A DNA stretch of 63,078 nt, counting the filler, from Dirinaria sp. TL-2023a (Eukaryota): the NCBI GenBank assembly GCA_051941275.1. It is 7 parts of 7 records of this genome, joined end to end, with 100 filler letters (N's around TTAATTAATTAA, not from the genome) between each part and the next. Parts side by side here need not be neighbours in the genome. Positions count along the whole stretch, not along the records: positions 45,164 to 54,074 come from JAVEBF010001125.1; positions 54,175 to 63,078 come from JAVEBF010001126.1; 5 more parts are not named here. The stretch is one strand, 5' to 3'. The translations under genes were made by a program, and so were the position numbers. The notes below the pieces were generated by a model. It searched no databases. It was not told the origin of the DNA and worked only from the letters and a program-made list of their open reading frames with translations. This document shows positions 48,101 to 61,400 of this stretch, piece after piece (positions within the stretch are counted from its first letter, which is position 1; the number at the start of each line of letters is the position of its first letter).

Positions 48101-50222
48101 TCTCCACAGGGTGCGGTCATATCATGCATTATAGCTGCTTTGAACTATATTGTACCTCAGCCGAACGGCGGCAAAGCCACCAAATCGCTCGCAACCATCC
48201 TGAGAGGCTTAGAAAGAAGGAATTCGTATGTCCCTTGTGCAAAGCACTCGGCAACGCATTTCTACCTATTATATGGAGAGGAAAAGAAGAAACGTACCCT
48301 GGAGTACTTGAGATAGGTACAGCATTCGATGACTGGCTCAATGCGAGCATGGGCCTTGCGTTGTCCAGATTTCAGAAGCGAGTGACTGGCGAGGAGGCCT
48401 CTTCTAATGTCACACGATATCGTGAGCAATTTGCTTCATATGCATCCAGAGCCGTAATACCTCCCCTAGCGAGCAGGCTCTCTAGCCAGGTTCAGCTAGC
48501 CCCTCCGCTCGCGCCGCTGTCACCACTCACATCCCTCTTGCCAGGTCTCTTTCCATCTGATGAAGGCCGCAATGCAGTGTCGCCCTGGCCCAACCCGCCA
48601 AATTCCTTGCTCGAAGAGCTGGATTCTATCTATAGTAGACTGAATGCAACCATCAAATCCAATCAACTGCCGACGTTCTTCTCAGAATCGCGCTCTAGTC
48701 CATCAGATGCTATCGAGTTAAGCTTCATCGACACTCTCCCAAGGACGCTCGGATACTCGATCGCAGCGACTGAGATTGCTCAGAGAGGGGTACAGTCCGA
48801 GCCAGGTCAAACGCTGCTAGACAAAGTCCCCACACTTACTCTGACTCATCTACGCATCTTGTCGGAGACAGCGTCGTCCTACATCGCCATTGGGGGTGTC
48901 AAATATTCGGGCCAAAACCCGACCGCTGAAGAATTCCACCAAATGTGTAGCCGGCAGCTCTGGCAACTTTTCGCCGGGCACCCTCAGATGTCGGGTAATG
49001 GTCCAGAACTGTGGAGCAGAAACCAGCTGCCGCCAGCGCTGGGCCAGGACTCGTTCGTGCTGCTGGCAGAAAGCTCGGTGTGCATGGTCCCAGCGCTGAA
49101 TCTAGACATACAGCATGTCCTACGTCTGTGTTATCTCTTGGAACTGGTGAAGGTGGTGTTCTTCCTTCTAATAGACCCAAATGCCTGCAATCAGTTGTCG
49201 CGCTCCACGTACGTCAAGAGGGAGGGGGGGTCCACCAATGTTCCCGAAGGCATCAAGATAATGTCTACAGAGGGTCTTAACGCTCTTCAAGGTTTCTGCA
49301 CTCGGATCCACGAGTTTGCATATCCAAACCGTAGGGGGAGCCCACTGATCGAGCGCATGCTGTCGGAAGTTGGGGAAAGCATATATGCAGCGATCGTACC
49401 TTATGCACTGGCTTTTCTACGTAAGGCTACCATACTTCTACATGTCAGATATGGGGTGGACTTCCCATTCGCCGGTTTTGCCGACATGGACAAACCCGAG
49501 ATTGAGCGACTCACGAAAGCTCTCCGTCTGCCATCTCTAGCCGAAATGTTTGCTTCTGTCGGCGCCAACGTCGCTCTTGGTCCAACGGTTGCACAATCGG
49601 CCGTCAATGGGTGGATTGAGCATTGGCAATGGAGCTACATGACACCGACACTAAAAAGCAGTGCTGTCCGTGGCCTCGTACCCGGCCATCCTGCCATCTT
49701 CGAGCTCATTGGCCTACCTAAGAATTTCGATTCTCTTACTTATGAGGCCATGCGTCGCCGTTGTCCGACTACAGGAAAGGAGCTTGTCGACCCAGCGGTC
49801 TGTCTGTTCTGTGGCGAGATCTTCTGCAGCCAAGCGATTTGCTGCTACAAAGACAAGATGGGGGGCTGCTCGCAGCATATGGCCAAGTAAGTCCTCTTTT
49901 GCTGCACAGCTGTCTGTCCATGGTTAAGGGTGTCAAGCTGACGATCCTCCGTAGGTGTGGTAGCTCTATCGGTCTCTTCATTAACATTCGCAAGTGCAAC
50001 GTGCTCTATCTACATGCAGGCAACGGAAGCTGGACCAACGCTCCGTATCTCGACAAGTATGGGGAAGCAGACCCCGGCTTGAGGAGGAATCGTCAATTGT
50101 TCCTGAACCAGAAGCGGTACGATGCGCTGTTGAGGAACGTGTGGTTGCAGCACGGGATACCTACCATGATCAGCCGGAAGCTGGAGGCGGATACAAACAA
50201 TGGAGGTTGGGAGACTCTCTGA
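45164..50222 (+). CDS. UBR1: N-recognin E3 ubiquitin ligase UBR1, 5' part missing (contig edge)
   Basis: FDLRLWKKAR, DREPDHS, VGDHVEYE, WVRNG, RING-H2 (CILCQE...CGHIMH..C...CPLC) and C-terminal YLDKYGE.D.GLRR...NNGGWETL. Intron 49887-49954. Confidence 0.96.
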
Positions 50223-50623
50223 AGATTACCATGCTTATGATAGGGATGCAGGCGTTTAGGCGGGAGTTCATGCATACGTAGCGAGAGCTGGGTGGTCACC
50301 TTCAGGCTTTTACATGGGAAGCGTATTATAGAGATATGAGAGACGAGAAACACGGCTCTTACTTATTTCCCGAGATCCTATGCTCAGGGAACTGAAATAG
50401 CGAAATGAAGGTAATCATAGAGTCAATCATTCTGTACTGAGACGTAGTTCCACTCCTCTGGGCCTTGACTTAACCTAGCCCGAGGACACGTGATGAAAGG
50501 TTCCCAGCTAATCATTAATAGAAGCTCTGCCACAGTCAGTCCGACTGCTACAACTTCATATCGTCGCGGACAGTGATTCAAAAGTCTAATAGCGCAACGC
50601 CCTTGCTGAAAAAATGATCCGTC

Positions 50624-51759
50624 CTACTGCTGGTAGCTTGTGGACGGTTCAGGCTGTGCCACAGTTGAGCTTCCACTGACATCGCGCGCATTCGGAGACA
50701 GCGGCTGACCTGCTTTTGCGGTAGCCTCTTCCACATTGGCAACAGCCCGCTGCTGCACGGGACTGCTCGTAGCTTGCGCTTCCGGCGACGACGGCATCAA
50801 ATTCGTCCCCAGGTCTGCGGCCGAGCTGGGGATCGGTTCGAGACTCGGAGTCCATTCGCGCAGGTCTTCCTCCGCATCGTTTAGGACTTGTCGTGCTTGG
50901 TGGCCTTGATCGAACGCAGGGCGGGTGTCACCTGGTACCACCGGCGTGTCGTCGAGGAGGTTGAGCAGTCTCCGCCCGTGGCGGGCAAGGAGGATCTGCT
51001 TTTCTGCGCGCTCGATAGTCGCGGCGAAATGGAGGTCGTAGGCTTCCTTCAGCTTTTGACGGGTCTGGATGACGATTAACAGCTATAGCGGGGGAAGATG
51101 GTTGGAGGCAGGGGGGAACTTGCAATGTTGGTGAGCTGTGCCTCGGCGACGAGGTTCTGCGCTTCCGCCCTGACCAGCTCCTGTTCCAGCGTCACGAGTT
51201 TCGTGCTTTGCGGCTCCTTGTACTTCAATTTCTGGATCTCGTCGTAGATCTTAGCCTTGTGATCCCTGCTAGGCTGCACTGAACTCTCCGTGTTCCGGAT
51301 TTGCTTCAGGACAGTGCGATAATCCTCCAGGTTTTGCGCAAAGACGTCTTCTTGTTCTCCGAGCTCGGACAGGAGCACCCCCAGCTTGTCGGAGATGTCG
51401 GAAATGGAGTCGTCGCCGGTAGCCTCGCCCCAGTCGGACAGCTGGGAAGCAATGGATATACGTTCCCGGCTGGCGGACTCGTAGGCTCCAATGGCGTGGT
51501 TCTCGCTCTTGATCATCTTGTAAAGCTTCTTGCTGAGTTCGGGCTGCTGGATACCGCGTAAAGTCGCCATTGTGAAACGGTGCTTAGGCGTACCCTTCTC
51601 GCTCGCGGTCGAGGCATTGTCCTTTTTGGACCGGACCGAAAGTGAGCGGTTCCTAGCATGGACATGTCAGTAGACTGCGGTGTAGCTCGATTGCAGCTGA
51701 TATGCCTCAGGTCGTTAAACAGGAGGTAGAAAAGCTGGGGAAAGGAGAGCCACATACAT
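50624..51759 (-). CDS. Eisosome BAR protein, Pil1/Lsp1 family (PilB-like), 3 exons
   Basis: QQPELSKKLYK, SDISDKLGVL, IRNTESSVQPSRD, LEQELVRAEA..LVAEAQLTNI|TRQKLKEA, LLDDTP. Introns 51653-51757 (splits the ATG) and 51065-51123 (GC-AG). Confidence 0.93.
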
Positions 51760-52648
51760 GTTGATGCCCGATTTTACAAATTAGTTCCAAGACGAGCACT
51801 CAGTAACGGGGATTTCTGACTGATGCAATGATTCGACTTCTGAATTTAGACGTAGTCTCCAATTGTTAGAGCCGAAGCTTAGACTAATAATTACTGCAAG
51901 GCCTAGAAGATCGAAGCGGATAGGAGGTGAGGCTTTACTATTAAGCTGCAGCCTCCAGATAACGGCGGGTGCGGGTTAGCTCCCTTTATGATGATAAGTG
52001 CGGGAGGACGATGCCATGAGTTCTGGCTAGCACGGTCGATGCCGACAGCGGGGTCAACTGAAAGTTCCCCGGAGGACCACCAAATATTGTCACCCGAACG
52101 CGCCGACTCCCTACCCAGGGTGCAGCTGTTCTCTGCAAAGCCCACCTGTAGTCACCCGGACGACTTTCTTGGCATACACGACGCAGGCCAGGGTTCTTGG
52201 CGTCAATCTCCTTACCAGGACGTACTCTACTGTACGAGTACTCGCACTGTATCATGCAACTGCAAAGCTCCGCTTTTGAGTCTCACATACCCAGGGTCCG
52301 CACTCCTTGACTACCTTAGGTATGATACTATGGTAATCTTCCCTTGATAATCACGAATAATCTCGCTTACCTTGGCTTAAAACCTTGATCAAGACACTCT
52401 CGTGATGCACGGTAATGTTATCTGTCTCTCAAAGACCGCGCACTATGTTTCAGCAAATGGTGTATTAGCAGCTGCCTGTCAGGCACACGCTTTCTTTTCT
52501 GCGCTACGGCTCGAATTGAGACGGTACAAATTATGCCTTCCTGAAGCTCAAGACAAATTAATCCCGATCTTCTAATCATCCAAAGCCGGTAGAAGTGTTT
52601 CCCGGGTAGTACTCTCCATTTCATTATGAATCGACATACACATCAACT

Positions 52649-53557
52649 ATGATGTTTAGATCTGACAATGGCGGGCTTGATGCCATCCTCAAAAGGCCAG
52701 AGAAGAAGCCAAACCCTACCTTCTGGCAGGGTTTCTTCTCATCTCCATGGAGACATCTTGCGGATTTGCTATATGAAAAACGCCAGGTAGAGCCAAGATA
52801 TCACACCCACCCTGTCAGCATAGTCTGCGTTTCCGACACACATAATAATGAACCCAACATTCCTGATAGCGACGTGTTAGTCCACGCCGGGGACCTAACG
52901 CAGACCGGCACCATGGAGGAAGTTCAACGAAACCTAGACTGGCTACAATCCTTGCCACATCCACATAAGATCATCATTGCAGGCAATCACGATTTTGCGC
53001 TTCTGTCAGAAGACTGGAGAAGTTTGAGGTGGGGAGACATTGTCTATTTGCAAGAAGCAAGGACGAAGATACGCTTCGCCAATGGTCGGACAATCAATTT
53101 CTACGGAGAGCTGGGGGGAACTTGCAATCACGGAAACCTGCTCTTCAAGTATCATCCGCACGAAGATACGTGGAACGACAAAAATCCGCAGGAGGTCAAT
53201 GTTTTCATCACTCACGCGCCGCCGAAATACCATTTAGACGTCGACGGCTACGGCAGCGATCATCTGCTCAAAGAATTGTGGCGCATCCGGCCAAGGCTGC
53301 ATGTTTTTGGACATGTACATGGTGGGTACGGTAAGCAGGTGATGACCTTCGACAGATTCGAAGCCGCCTACGAGCAAATTCGTCGAGGACATGCTGGTAT
53401 CGGTGCCCTATTGAAGATGTGTTATTATTACGCTGCGTATCTCCTCAGTCCGGCCGCTATGAAGGACGCCATTCCTAGGACGACTCTGGTCAATGCAGCT
53501 ATTGTTGGAGGGTTACGGGATGAATTACGAAGGGAGCCGATCAAAGTTTTTATATGA
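52649..53557 (+). CDS. Calcineurin-like metallophosphoesterase (MPPED/239FB-like)
   Basis: SDTH, HAGDLT, AGNHD, THAPP and FGHVH motifs. Intronless. Confidence 0.92.
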   Translation: MMFRSDNGGLDAILKRPEKKPNPTFWQGFFSSPWRHLADLLYEKRQVEPRYHTHPVSIVCVSDTHNNEPNIPDSDVLVHAGDLTQTGTMEEVQRNLDWLQSLPHPHKIIIAGNHDFALLSEDWRSLRWGDIVYLQEARTKIRFANGRTINFYGELGGTCNHGNLLFKYHPHEDTWNDKNPQEVNVFITHAPPKYHLDVDGYGSDHLLKELWRIRPRLHVFGHVHGGYGKQVMTFDRFEAAYEQIRRGHAGIGALLKMCYYYAAYLLSPAAMKDAIPRTTLVNAAIVGGLRDELRREPIKVFI

Positions 53558-53879
53558 AACCCGTACGAAGCATCATTTCCCGCTACTACTACTAAGGCTT
53601 CCGCTACACAATTCACGAGGCCGCAAGGGAAGAGTCCATTATACGAGGATCCTAATTGCGGCCTCGTATATACCGCATTACCTTCTTGGGGAGCAATCAA
53701 TTTAAAACTTCAAATATGTCTGGATCGAACCGGCACATGTTCTATTCCTGATACCTTTCCTAACTAACGTCCATTCATGCACAGTTCAAAAAAATTTCAA
53801 TAAAAGTCTCCAGCCTCTTTCTTTTTACACCATCCCATCCTGCTCCAATTGTAGAAACGTTACGAATACGCCCTTTTCC

Positions 53880-53912
53880 CTCCAGCTCCAGCTCCAGCTC
53901 CAGCTCCAGCTC
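53880..53912 (+). repeat. (CTCCAG)n microsatellite
   Basis: Five tandem copies. Confidence 0.9.
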
Positions 53913-54074
53913 GTTGCCACGCAGCACAGCCTCAATCCCCTGAGCACTGCTTGCCTTCATGTATATGGAATAGATACGAGTACATCCTGGACAACCCATT
54001 AATCCTCAGCGTATCATATCCCTCCTCCCTCAAAATCCCTCCTAATCCTTCCCGCTCACCCCTCACCAACCGTG

Positions 54075-54174
54075 NNNNNNNNNNNNNNNNNNNNNNNNNN
54101 NNNNNNNNNNNNNNNNNNTTAATTAATTAANNNNNNNNNNNNNNNNNNNNNNNNNNNNNNNNNNNNNNNNNNNN
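54075..54174. other. Artificial contig linker
   Basis: N44-TTAATTAATTAA-N44. Confidence 0.99.
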
Positions 54175-57100
54175 ACTATCCGGGCCACTGCCTATATCTA
54201 TTATCCATTACCTGAGCACTAGCGTTTCCGAGGACTGCCATCTTGCGGAGGCTAACCGTTTTCGTCAACTTTCCACATTTGGTGGCGAACCGGTCCACCC
54301 GGTCCCGGTTTTACATTTTGCAAATGTTCCTCGAGAAGAACGACACTCTCTTCGTCGATATACTTTAAGGGCTTTGAAGCAAAATGTAATAGGACGATTG
54401 TCAGATCTCGATAAAACGCTCTGTGCTCAACAACAGCAGGGACAGACGACTTGCAGTATGATACAATTTCATCTGGCGTGAGAAATGTCAGATTCGGATA
54501 TTGTACCATCGTAGCAGATCCGCCTGCTCGCAGACTCGTATGCAGCACTGTTGTCTGATACAGACGTGATTTCCATATTAGAGATAAGCATCTTCAAATT
54601 CTCGAGAGAGTCACGGCCAAACATCGACGATTCTGTTCCTCAGAGACCCATTAGGACAGAAGTGCTGCATACTCTTGTTTCAGCACTTTTCGGATGCGTG
54701 ATTCCATCCGCAGCGATCCAGGCTTCTCGAATGCGAGTGACGGCTGCACCGTCGACTATAACATTGTTTGCGCCTCAGTGCGACCCACATCAGCTGTCCT
54801 GCTGCGTCGAGAGTTACTGGGTGCTATACATGCATTCGACGACTATTTTGACTGTATTCACAAGTCCATGGGAAAGGGCGAATCGTTTCACGAGATTGGT
54901 TACTTCCATCACAGACTAGATTGTCTAGAGGCCGGCCCGTAACTCAAGTCGTTTTCTCCAAATTGCTCGTACATGCAGTGTCTTCACGTGCTGCGAATAA
55001 GCCGCGCGTGCTCTGTCATACTGATGCTGGTAAAATTAGCTCTTTGCGCGTATCTCTCATCATTGTCAGAGTCGATCGATTTTGTCCCGTAGACTTTGAT
55101 TGTACCCCGACAGTTTTCTTTCCACTCGCTAACATCCTGAATGCAAATTTTATAATCAGAGGATGAACTATTCTTGTCCAACAAACTCGTCGTTGGACGC
55201 ATACAAATCTACACTCTCGTTCGAGCAGTTCATTGACTACAATGGGGTGCGAGAACGTCGCGTCTTTGATTGAAATTCCCTTGATGGGTGTGCTGGCGTC
55301 CGCGAGCTGCTTTGCGCCTTGGATTGCCATGGCTATCGTATCGGTTGCGGGGTAGATAGACCTGCCGTTGATTCTATGGTCTTCTATTCAAGGCGTTTCT
55401 GCGAAATCGAAGAACTTTCGCCACCTAGGCTCAAGAAGGTTCCAATCCATATGACTGGAGTACCAAGGAGCTCAAGCCTTGGAGCTTCGCGCCACAGCGA
55501 ATATCTTCTTATGTCGTTTTCTCACCAATAACTTTGAGAATGGTCGAACGGATACTCATGCAAATTAGTCAGGACAATACGTTTGAAGGCATTCGCTATG
55601 CTAGTTTGATTGATTCGTCCAAAGCTACATGGTAGCCACATGACCAAAGTGATCCAGCCAGACCCAGTATTCCTTCCAACCGGGCTGTTTTCGTGGCAAT
55701 GCATACCTGTAAGATATATTCGCACTCGACGAACTACGTTCGGCAACGAGCTTGGTGGGTCGCTGTAGAGCTGGATGAGGACCAATCTCTACAAGCTCGT
55801 ATATGGCATTTTGGGTTCTAATTCCCAATTTCCGTACACTGCGCGAGATAGAGCCAGTCTTTGTGAGTGCATCAAGGTATCTTACAGGCTGGACCATGTT
55901 TTTGACCCAGTAAGTTGCGGTTGCCAGGCATGCGACGTCTTTGACTGGATCACCAGTCATCGAAGATATCATCTTTATACGATGTGATCGCGTGTCGACT
56001 CGCATACTCAGATCTTCTAGACATCTGTCGTATTCGGCAGCTATCTGATGCATGAACGATGAGTGATATGCTACTCCGGATTTGAGCTTATGGACAACGA
56101 CGTCCATTCTCTCGAATGTAGTCTTGAGCGCGTCAATGTCGCTTTTCAAACACGAGATTGTGACATTTTGAGAGCTGTTGATGATAGCGATATGCATGCT
56201 GATTCAAGCGAGAGACCACCCACAGCATAGCTGCATCGCTCTCAGTAAATACTCGCTACTGGTAGTTTACATTGACTCGTGCTGCAGTAATCTCACCAGA
56301 GGAATGTCTCACTACAAGAGACGGGACTATATTGAATTCCCTTAGCAGCTCGTATAAACTGATGTGTAAAGCTGTTGTCCACGACTGACTATATCTTGGA
56401 CCATGGATGAGGGTACTCTTCTCAGAGCGGCTCAATTCGTCTGCTCGTGTCAGTCACAGATACATTTTAAACAGTCTACGCAATGTTGATGGAACCAAGA
56501 CGACTGACCAATGATTGACCTTGGACAACGCGGCTCAAATAGTGCTTTGTCGCACACTTCAAGAGTGCGCCAATAAGCCAGGTACACCAGAAACGCTGTG
56601 TCCCTCCCATTGTATTGTGCGCCATGGCTGCTGAATCAGGATGAAGTTCCATGCTTCTTGCTTTGGGATAGGCTTGGACTTTTGCGTCTTTCAGCTGATG
56701 CAGACTTGCTACTGAGCTCGCAAGCGCAAAGTATCTCCACGGCAGAGAGCTTGCGCGAAATCTCGAAGATCAACGCTCTAATTGGAACGTGAATGGAGGC
56801 TCAAACTTGAGAAGTAGCGTTCCCAAACTTCCACCATGCGCCTGATAGCACGTTCGTTGGACGCGGACCAGACATATTCTTGGTATTTGCTGTGTTGCGG
56901 ACGTAAGTGATGTTTTGCTGAAACTCACGGCCATAGAGCTATTATCTAAGCCTAGATACTCTCCGCCTTCATTTATGACGACCTCCGAAGCTGCAAATCC
57001 ATGAGACTCCCATTCCGACCTGAAAGATGGGCACGGCGTGTGATCGGTCAAGTCGCTAGCAGTTGATCCGCGAATATTTTCGCTGAGCATCGGCGGCTTC

Positions 57101-58159
57101 TGTATCGTGCAATGCCGAGCCACAAGGGTTCTTGACCCGAGGTAGTGGTAGGCGTCATCTAAAATTGCATGAGTTCGACTTGCCCAAACCGAATGATGCT
57201 ACGGAGCTCTCCATTATCCAGTGATGGGCCAAGAAGTCAAATTGGTGGGGAACTGCTCATATATTCGAGTGAGTGGACATCAGCTAAAGTGTCGCTGAGT
57301 GTACTGGAGTTCTGGAAATTCAGCATCCATGGGTTGACTGTCTCAAATCCGCGTTCGGAGGAATGACGCCCTTTTCAATGACCAGGACTATCTTAATCAG
57401 GCCTGCCACACCGCTTCTTCCTTCAAGATGTTCGATACTTTCTTTGCCAACTCTACTAGAAACCATCAGAATCTCTAAATCTGATCTCCAACGCAGGATA
57501 CTCCAACTTACACGAACAGCGGGTTTCAAATGCTACGAGCGATTCTGCAACAAAATTCCGATGACTCTCGCTTCGATACGATCTCTGTCAGATTTTAATG
57601 ATATGGAGACGAATTGAAAGTCTTTTGTATATGTATTTGATGCTCAATTGCCAAAAATTAAAGAACTTTAGTGGGAGGTGATAACCCAGGGTCTGCTGAC
57701 TAATGTACAGTCTAACCGCTTTCGTCAAACCATACTTGGCATTTTATTAGTGGTGGGGAGTTTCTCTCAGTCTTACAACCTCCAATTGAAGTTGCAATAT
57801 CTGTAGATCATCGCGATGAGGAAACTCATTGAGCAACAGCTACGAAGATGCTTTCACCATGAGCCTTAAGTAACCTTGTGTAGTCGTAATTCAATTTGGC
57901 TTTACTAATAGGTATCTGTAATCAACACTACCTAGGACTCCTTACTCGGCTGAGTTAATCTTGGAATATGGCTATCCTGGTTTGATCCTGTAGCTCTTAC
58001 TATGAGCCTTATCGGATTTCCGTCTCTGGTTGCATTCTCTAGTCGCTTTGGTAGCACTACGCCAATGCCTTCGCCTCGAGAGTAGCCATTGGCTCTATGG
58101 TCAAATTTATAGCGGCGGTCATTTGGCGAAAGTGTTGTCACACCTTTCATTAAGGACAC
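54175..58159 (-). pseudogene. Reducing iterative type I PKS relic (KS-AT-DH fragments)
   Basis: KS: FDHRANGYSRGEG, GSNQD, EHLEG.SG.AGLIK. AT: HSSGEI, VAYHS, YWVKNMVQPV, EIGPH. Linker YPFDH..SYW. DH: P*IEDHRING...YPA. Many stops and frameshifts, and the KS N-terminus is not seen. Confidence 0.9.
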
Positions 58160-58457
58160 TGTTTTTTCACAACTTGATCTGGGAGGTAATGGATGCTTTC
58201 TTCCAAGTCATAACGATCGGGATGTCCTTGATCCGAGCTCTGAAACGTACGGCCCTTTCTTCAGGCATCAGAAAAGGGATAGACGGCTGTGCTTGCCTTG
58301 AAACAAGATCACCCAAGTAATCTCCCTCCTTTCTCGCACCATTTCTTTCTTCCCATTCGATGCTTAGAGGCTTAAAGTAAGCACACTTTAGGTCCCCAGA
58401 GACGCAATTTGTCGCTTCTAGATGTTCAAAGAATTACATTGACTCTACATTGACAGA

Positions 58458-61400
58458 ATGACGAGGTCCGCCAGCGTGACACCAAGCCTCTGGGATCAGA
58501 CTTTCGACTCATTAGACAGCGGTCTAAGGAAGAGCTTGAATTCGACAAGGACACATAAGCGCGATATTTTGGTGAGCACTTTCCCGGAGATCAACTAGCC
58601 ATCACTGACGAGACTCAGGAGGCTGTGCTCAAAGAGATTGAGGCTAAAAGAGACTTGGCTTTACGCAAAAGATGGAAATTCAAGAAGCCCAACGGCGATA
58701 TTGTCGTCGTGCGTGATGTGCTCGGAAAATTCGCGAGATGGATCTACAGATTCAAGGAGACGGGTGATGTTGTCGCCCAGTACAACCCCGCTCACCTTTC
58801 GCTACAGTGGGCGGCTTTCAGGTTCGTTCTTCAAATATCTGTCTCTGAGATTCAGGTATTTGGAGCTATGGCTGATGATTGTAAGTCCGGATGGAATGTT
58901 TGGCAGCGCACAGGAGCGAGCATGCCTGATATTGGTGGAAGCCAAGCTAATTCAACGACGCAGTGGAGAATATTGCCCGCATCATCACCCGTTATCGCGA
59001 GTTCGAGCGTCTTTATCTGCAGGCAACAAAATCTGAGCTGGAGTTGATGTTACAGAAGGCTTTAATTCGTCTCTATGTGGAGATACTGACCCGTCTGGCT
59101 CGCGGTGTGAGTTTCTTCCGAGAGAAATCCATTAGTGAGTTACGTTTCTTGCACCTTCTGTTGTATCCTGGGAGACCTTCTCGTCACGGTAGGAGGCCCA
59201 AGGGAGCGCATTGTTGCAAGCTCTCCCTATCAGGATCCGCCGTGCCAAATGGAGATGATTATCAATCCACGCTGCGGGGGTCTAAGATATTCTTGAATAT
59301 ACGAGCTAATGTCCGGCAGTCCGCTTAATCAAGACGCCTTTTCGCACGGTAGACGAGAAACAACTGCACCAAGTTCTAGCCCAGGAAGCTGAAGTTCTCA
59401 AGATTGCCAAGCTAATAGACACCGACAAAATACTAAACCTCGAGGCTGCTGTCACAAGGCTCTCGGTACAACCTAACATGTATTCTCAGTCACTATCAGA
59501 TCAGAAGTATGAACGCTTCCTGAAATGATTGTCGCTCTTACCATATTACAGCTATCATCAATTTATCTCACACTCCCGATTCGCCAACCTCGGGAAATGA
59601 CTGCTTAACAATCAGAACTATATCGATTGGCAAGCGTCGAATTCACCTTCCATACTTTTGATGCATGGCATCACAGGCTCGGGAAAATCCATGTTGTGCT
59701 CGATGATTGTGGACGCTTTATTGTCTACTGCTAAAAATGATCCATCCGTGGCCCCATTTGAATACATCTATTGTGCAAACCCCGACTTCGAAGAAGCGCC
59801 CTGTTCTTCTGATGCTGTGATGCGATCTATACTCGGTCAACTTGCTCTCGATAGAACTGGCCGACGTACAGTCAAGAATTTCCTATATTCGGAGTATGAG
59901 CGCCAAATTGCAATCGCAAATGTTAACGGTGTGGAGCTACCAAGGTTAAGAACGCAAGATTGCGTTCGACTTATGCTGGAGCTTGCTGAACAAGATTCAT
60001 TATCCATTATAATCGACGCCATTGATACCTTCAAAAAGAGTGAACGACATGCTCTTGTTTCCACATTGGAAGAAATCGTTCTGAAAGCCGACAATGTAGT
60101 CAAAGTTTTGGTAACGAGCAGAAGTAGCAACATTGCAGCAATCGAGCTGACTGTCAATAAGCAGATCCAGATCACTAGCGATGAAACTAAACAAAATATG
60201 AAGAGTTTCGTCAATCATCTCATTGACACTGTGATTACGAGCAAGCTGCTCCTCGAAGGGAGGGTATCTCCAGCTTTGCGTAACATGCTAATAAAATCAC
60301 TTCTTGATGGAGCTGAGAAAATGTAAGTGTCTTCGTTGATCAGTGAACACTCAGGGTAACTGGAACAGGTTTCTCTGGGTCAAATTGCAAATTGAACGTC
60401 TTTGTCGAGAGAAGACTGAGGATGACGTTGTGATGGCATTAGAGAGCAATCTTCCAGAATACTTAAATCAGCTCTACGAAAAGTCATTGAGTCACATCTT
60501 TGAGATTGGCATGACCGCCCGCGATGCTGCCATCAGAATCTTTTCTTGAATGCTTCACATGAGAGAACCATTGACACCATCAGCTCTCTTGACCGCCGTT
60601 TGCAACGGCCAAAAGTCGACCATGAAGCTCTCTGAATTGATGACGCTATGTGCGAATTTGGTCGCTTTGGACAAATATTGCAATGTCATACGCTTTGCCC
60701 ATGAATCGATCAAGGACTTCTTATCGCGTCATGACGCTTTTACAGGCGCAGTAGCGCATAATCTTCTTGCCTCGACTTGTATTGAAGTCTGCTCTCAAGG
60801 TCCTGTTTCTGGAAGAAGCTTACAATATCCAAGCGATGATTTCTATGTTTATGCCGCAATCTACTGACCTGTCCACTCAGAAAAGGTCGAGAACTTGGCA
60901 GCGAATAAAGACATCGTCAACAAAATGATCTCTTTCATCTTCGATGAGGATTTTGACATCACTTTGTCCTTCGGCTCCTGGCTTGAAACGAGACAAGAAA
61001 TCGTTTCAATGCTTGCTAATGATCATGCTATGAAATTAACTTTGGATGCAATCCCTACTGACGATGCTGGACCTTTCTTCTTGATCAGCGTGTTTGAACT
61101 GACCAGCCTCTTACGAGTGATGTTGAAGCACATGGTCAATCTCAATGTGAATCAAAAGAATGAAATTGACCATACACCTATCTATCTTGCAGCTGCGCTG
61201 GAACATTCGGCTATTCTCTCTCTATTCGTCGACCACGAAGCTGAAGTCAACGTTCAGTGCGGGCAGTATGACAGTCCACTCCACGCGGCATGTTTCGCAG
61301 GGCATCTAAAAGCAGTCAAAACCCTCCTCGAGCTTGATGCGAACACATCTTGTGATATGATGTTTGATGACGCTTTTGAGGCTGCATGTCGGGGTAATCA

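Noticed and set aside
59526..60867. UGA-to-Trp genetic code reassignment
   Set aside because: Housekeeping genes in the window end in TGA (bZIP, RSC1, UBR1) and use TGG for Trp; in-frame TGA occurs only in decayed sequences alongside Gly>Asp/Glu changes.
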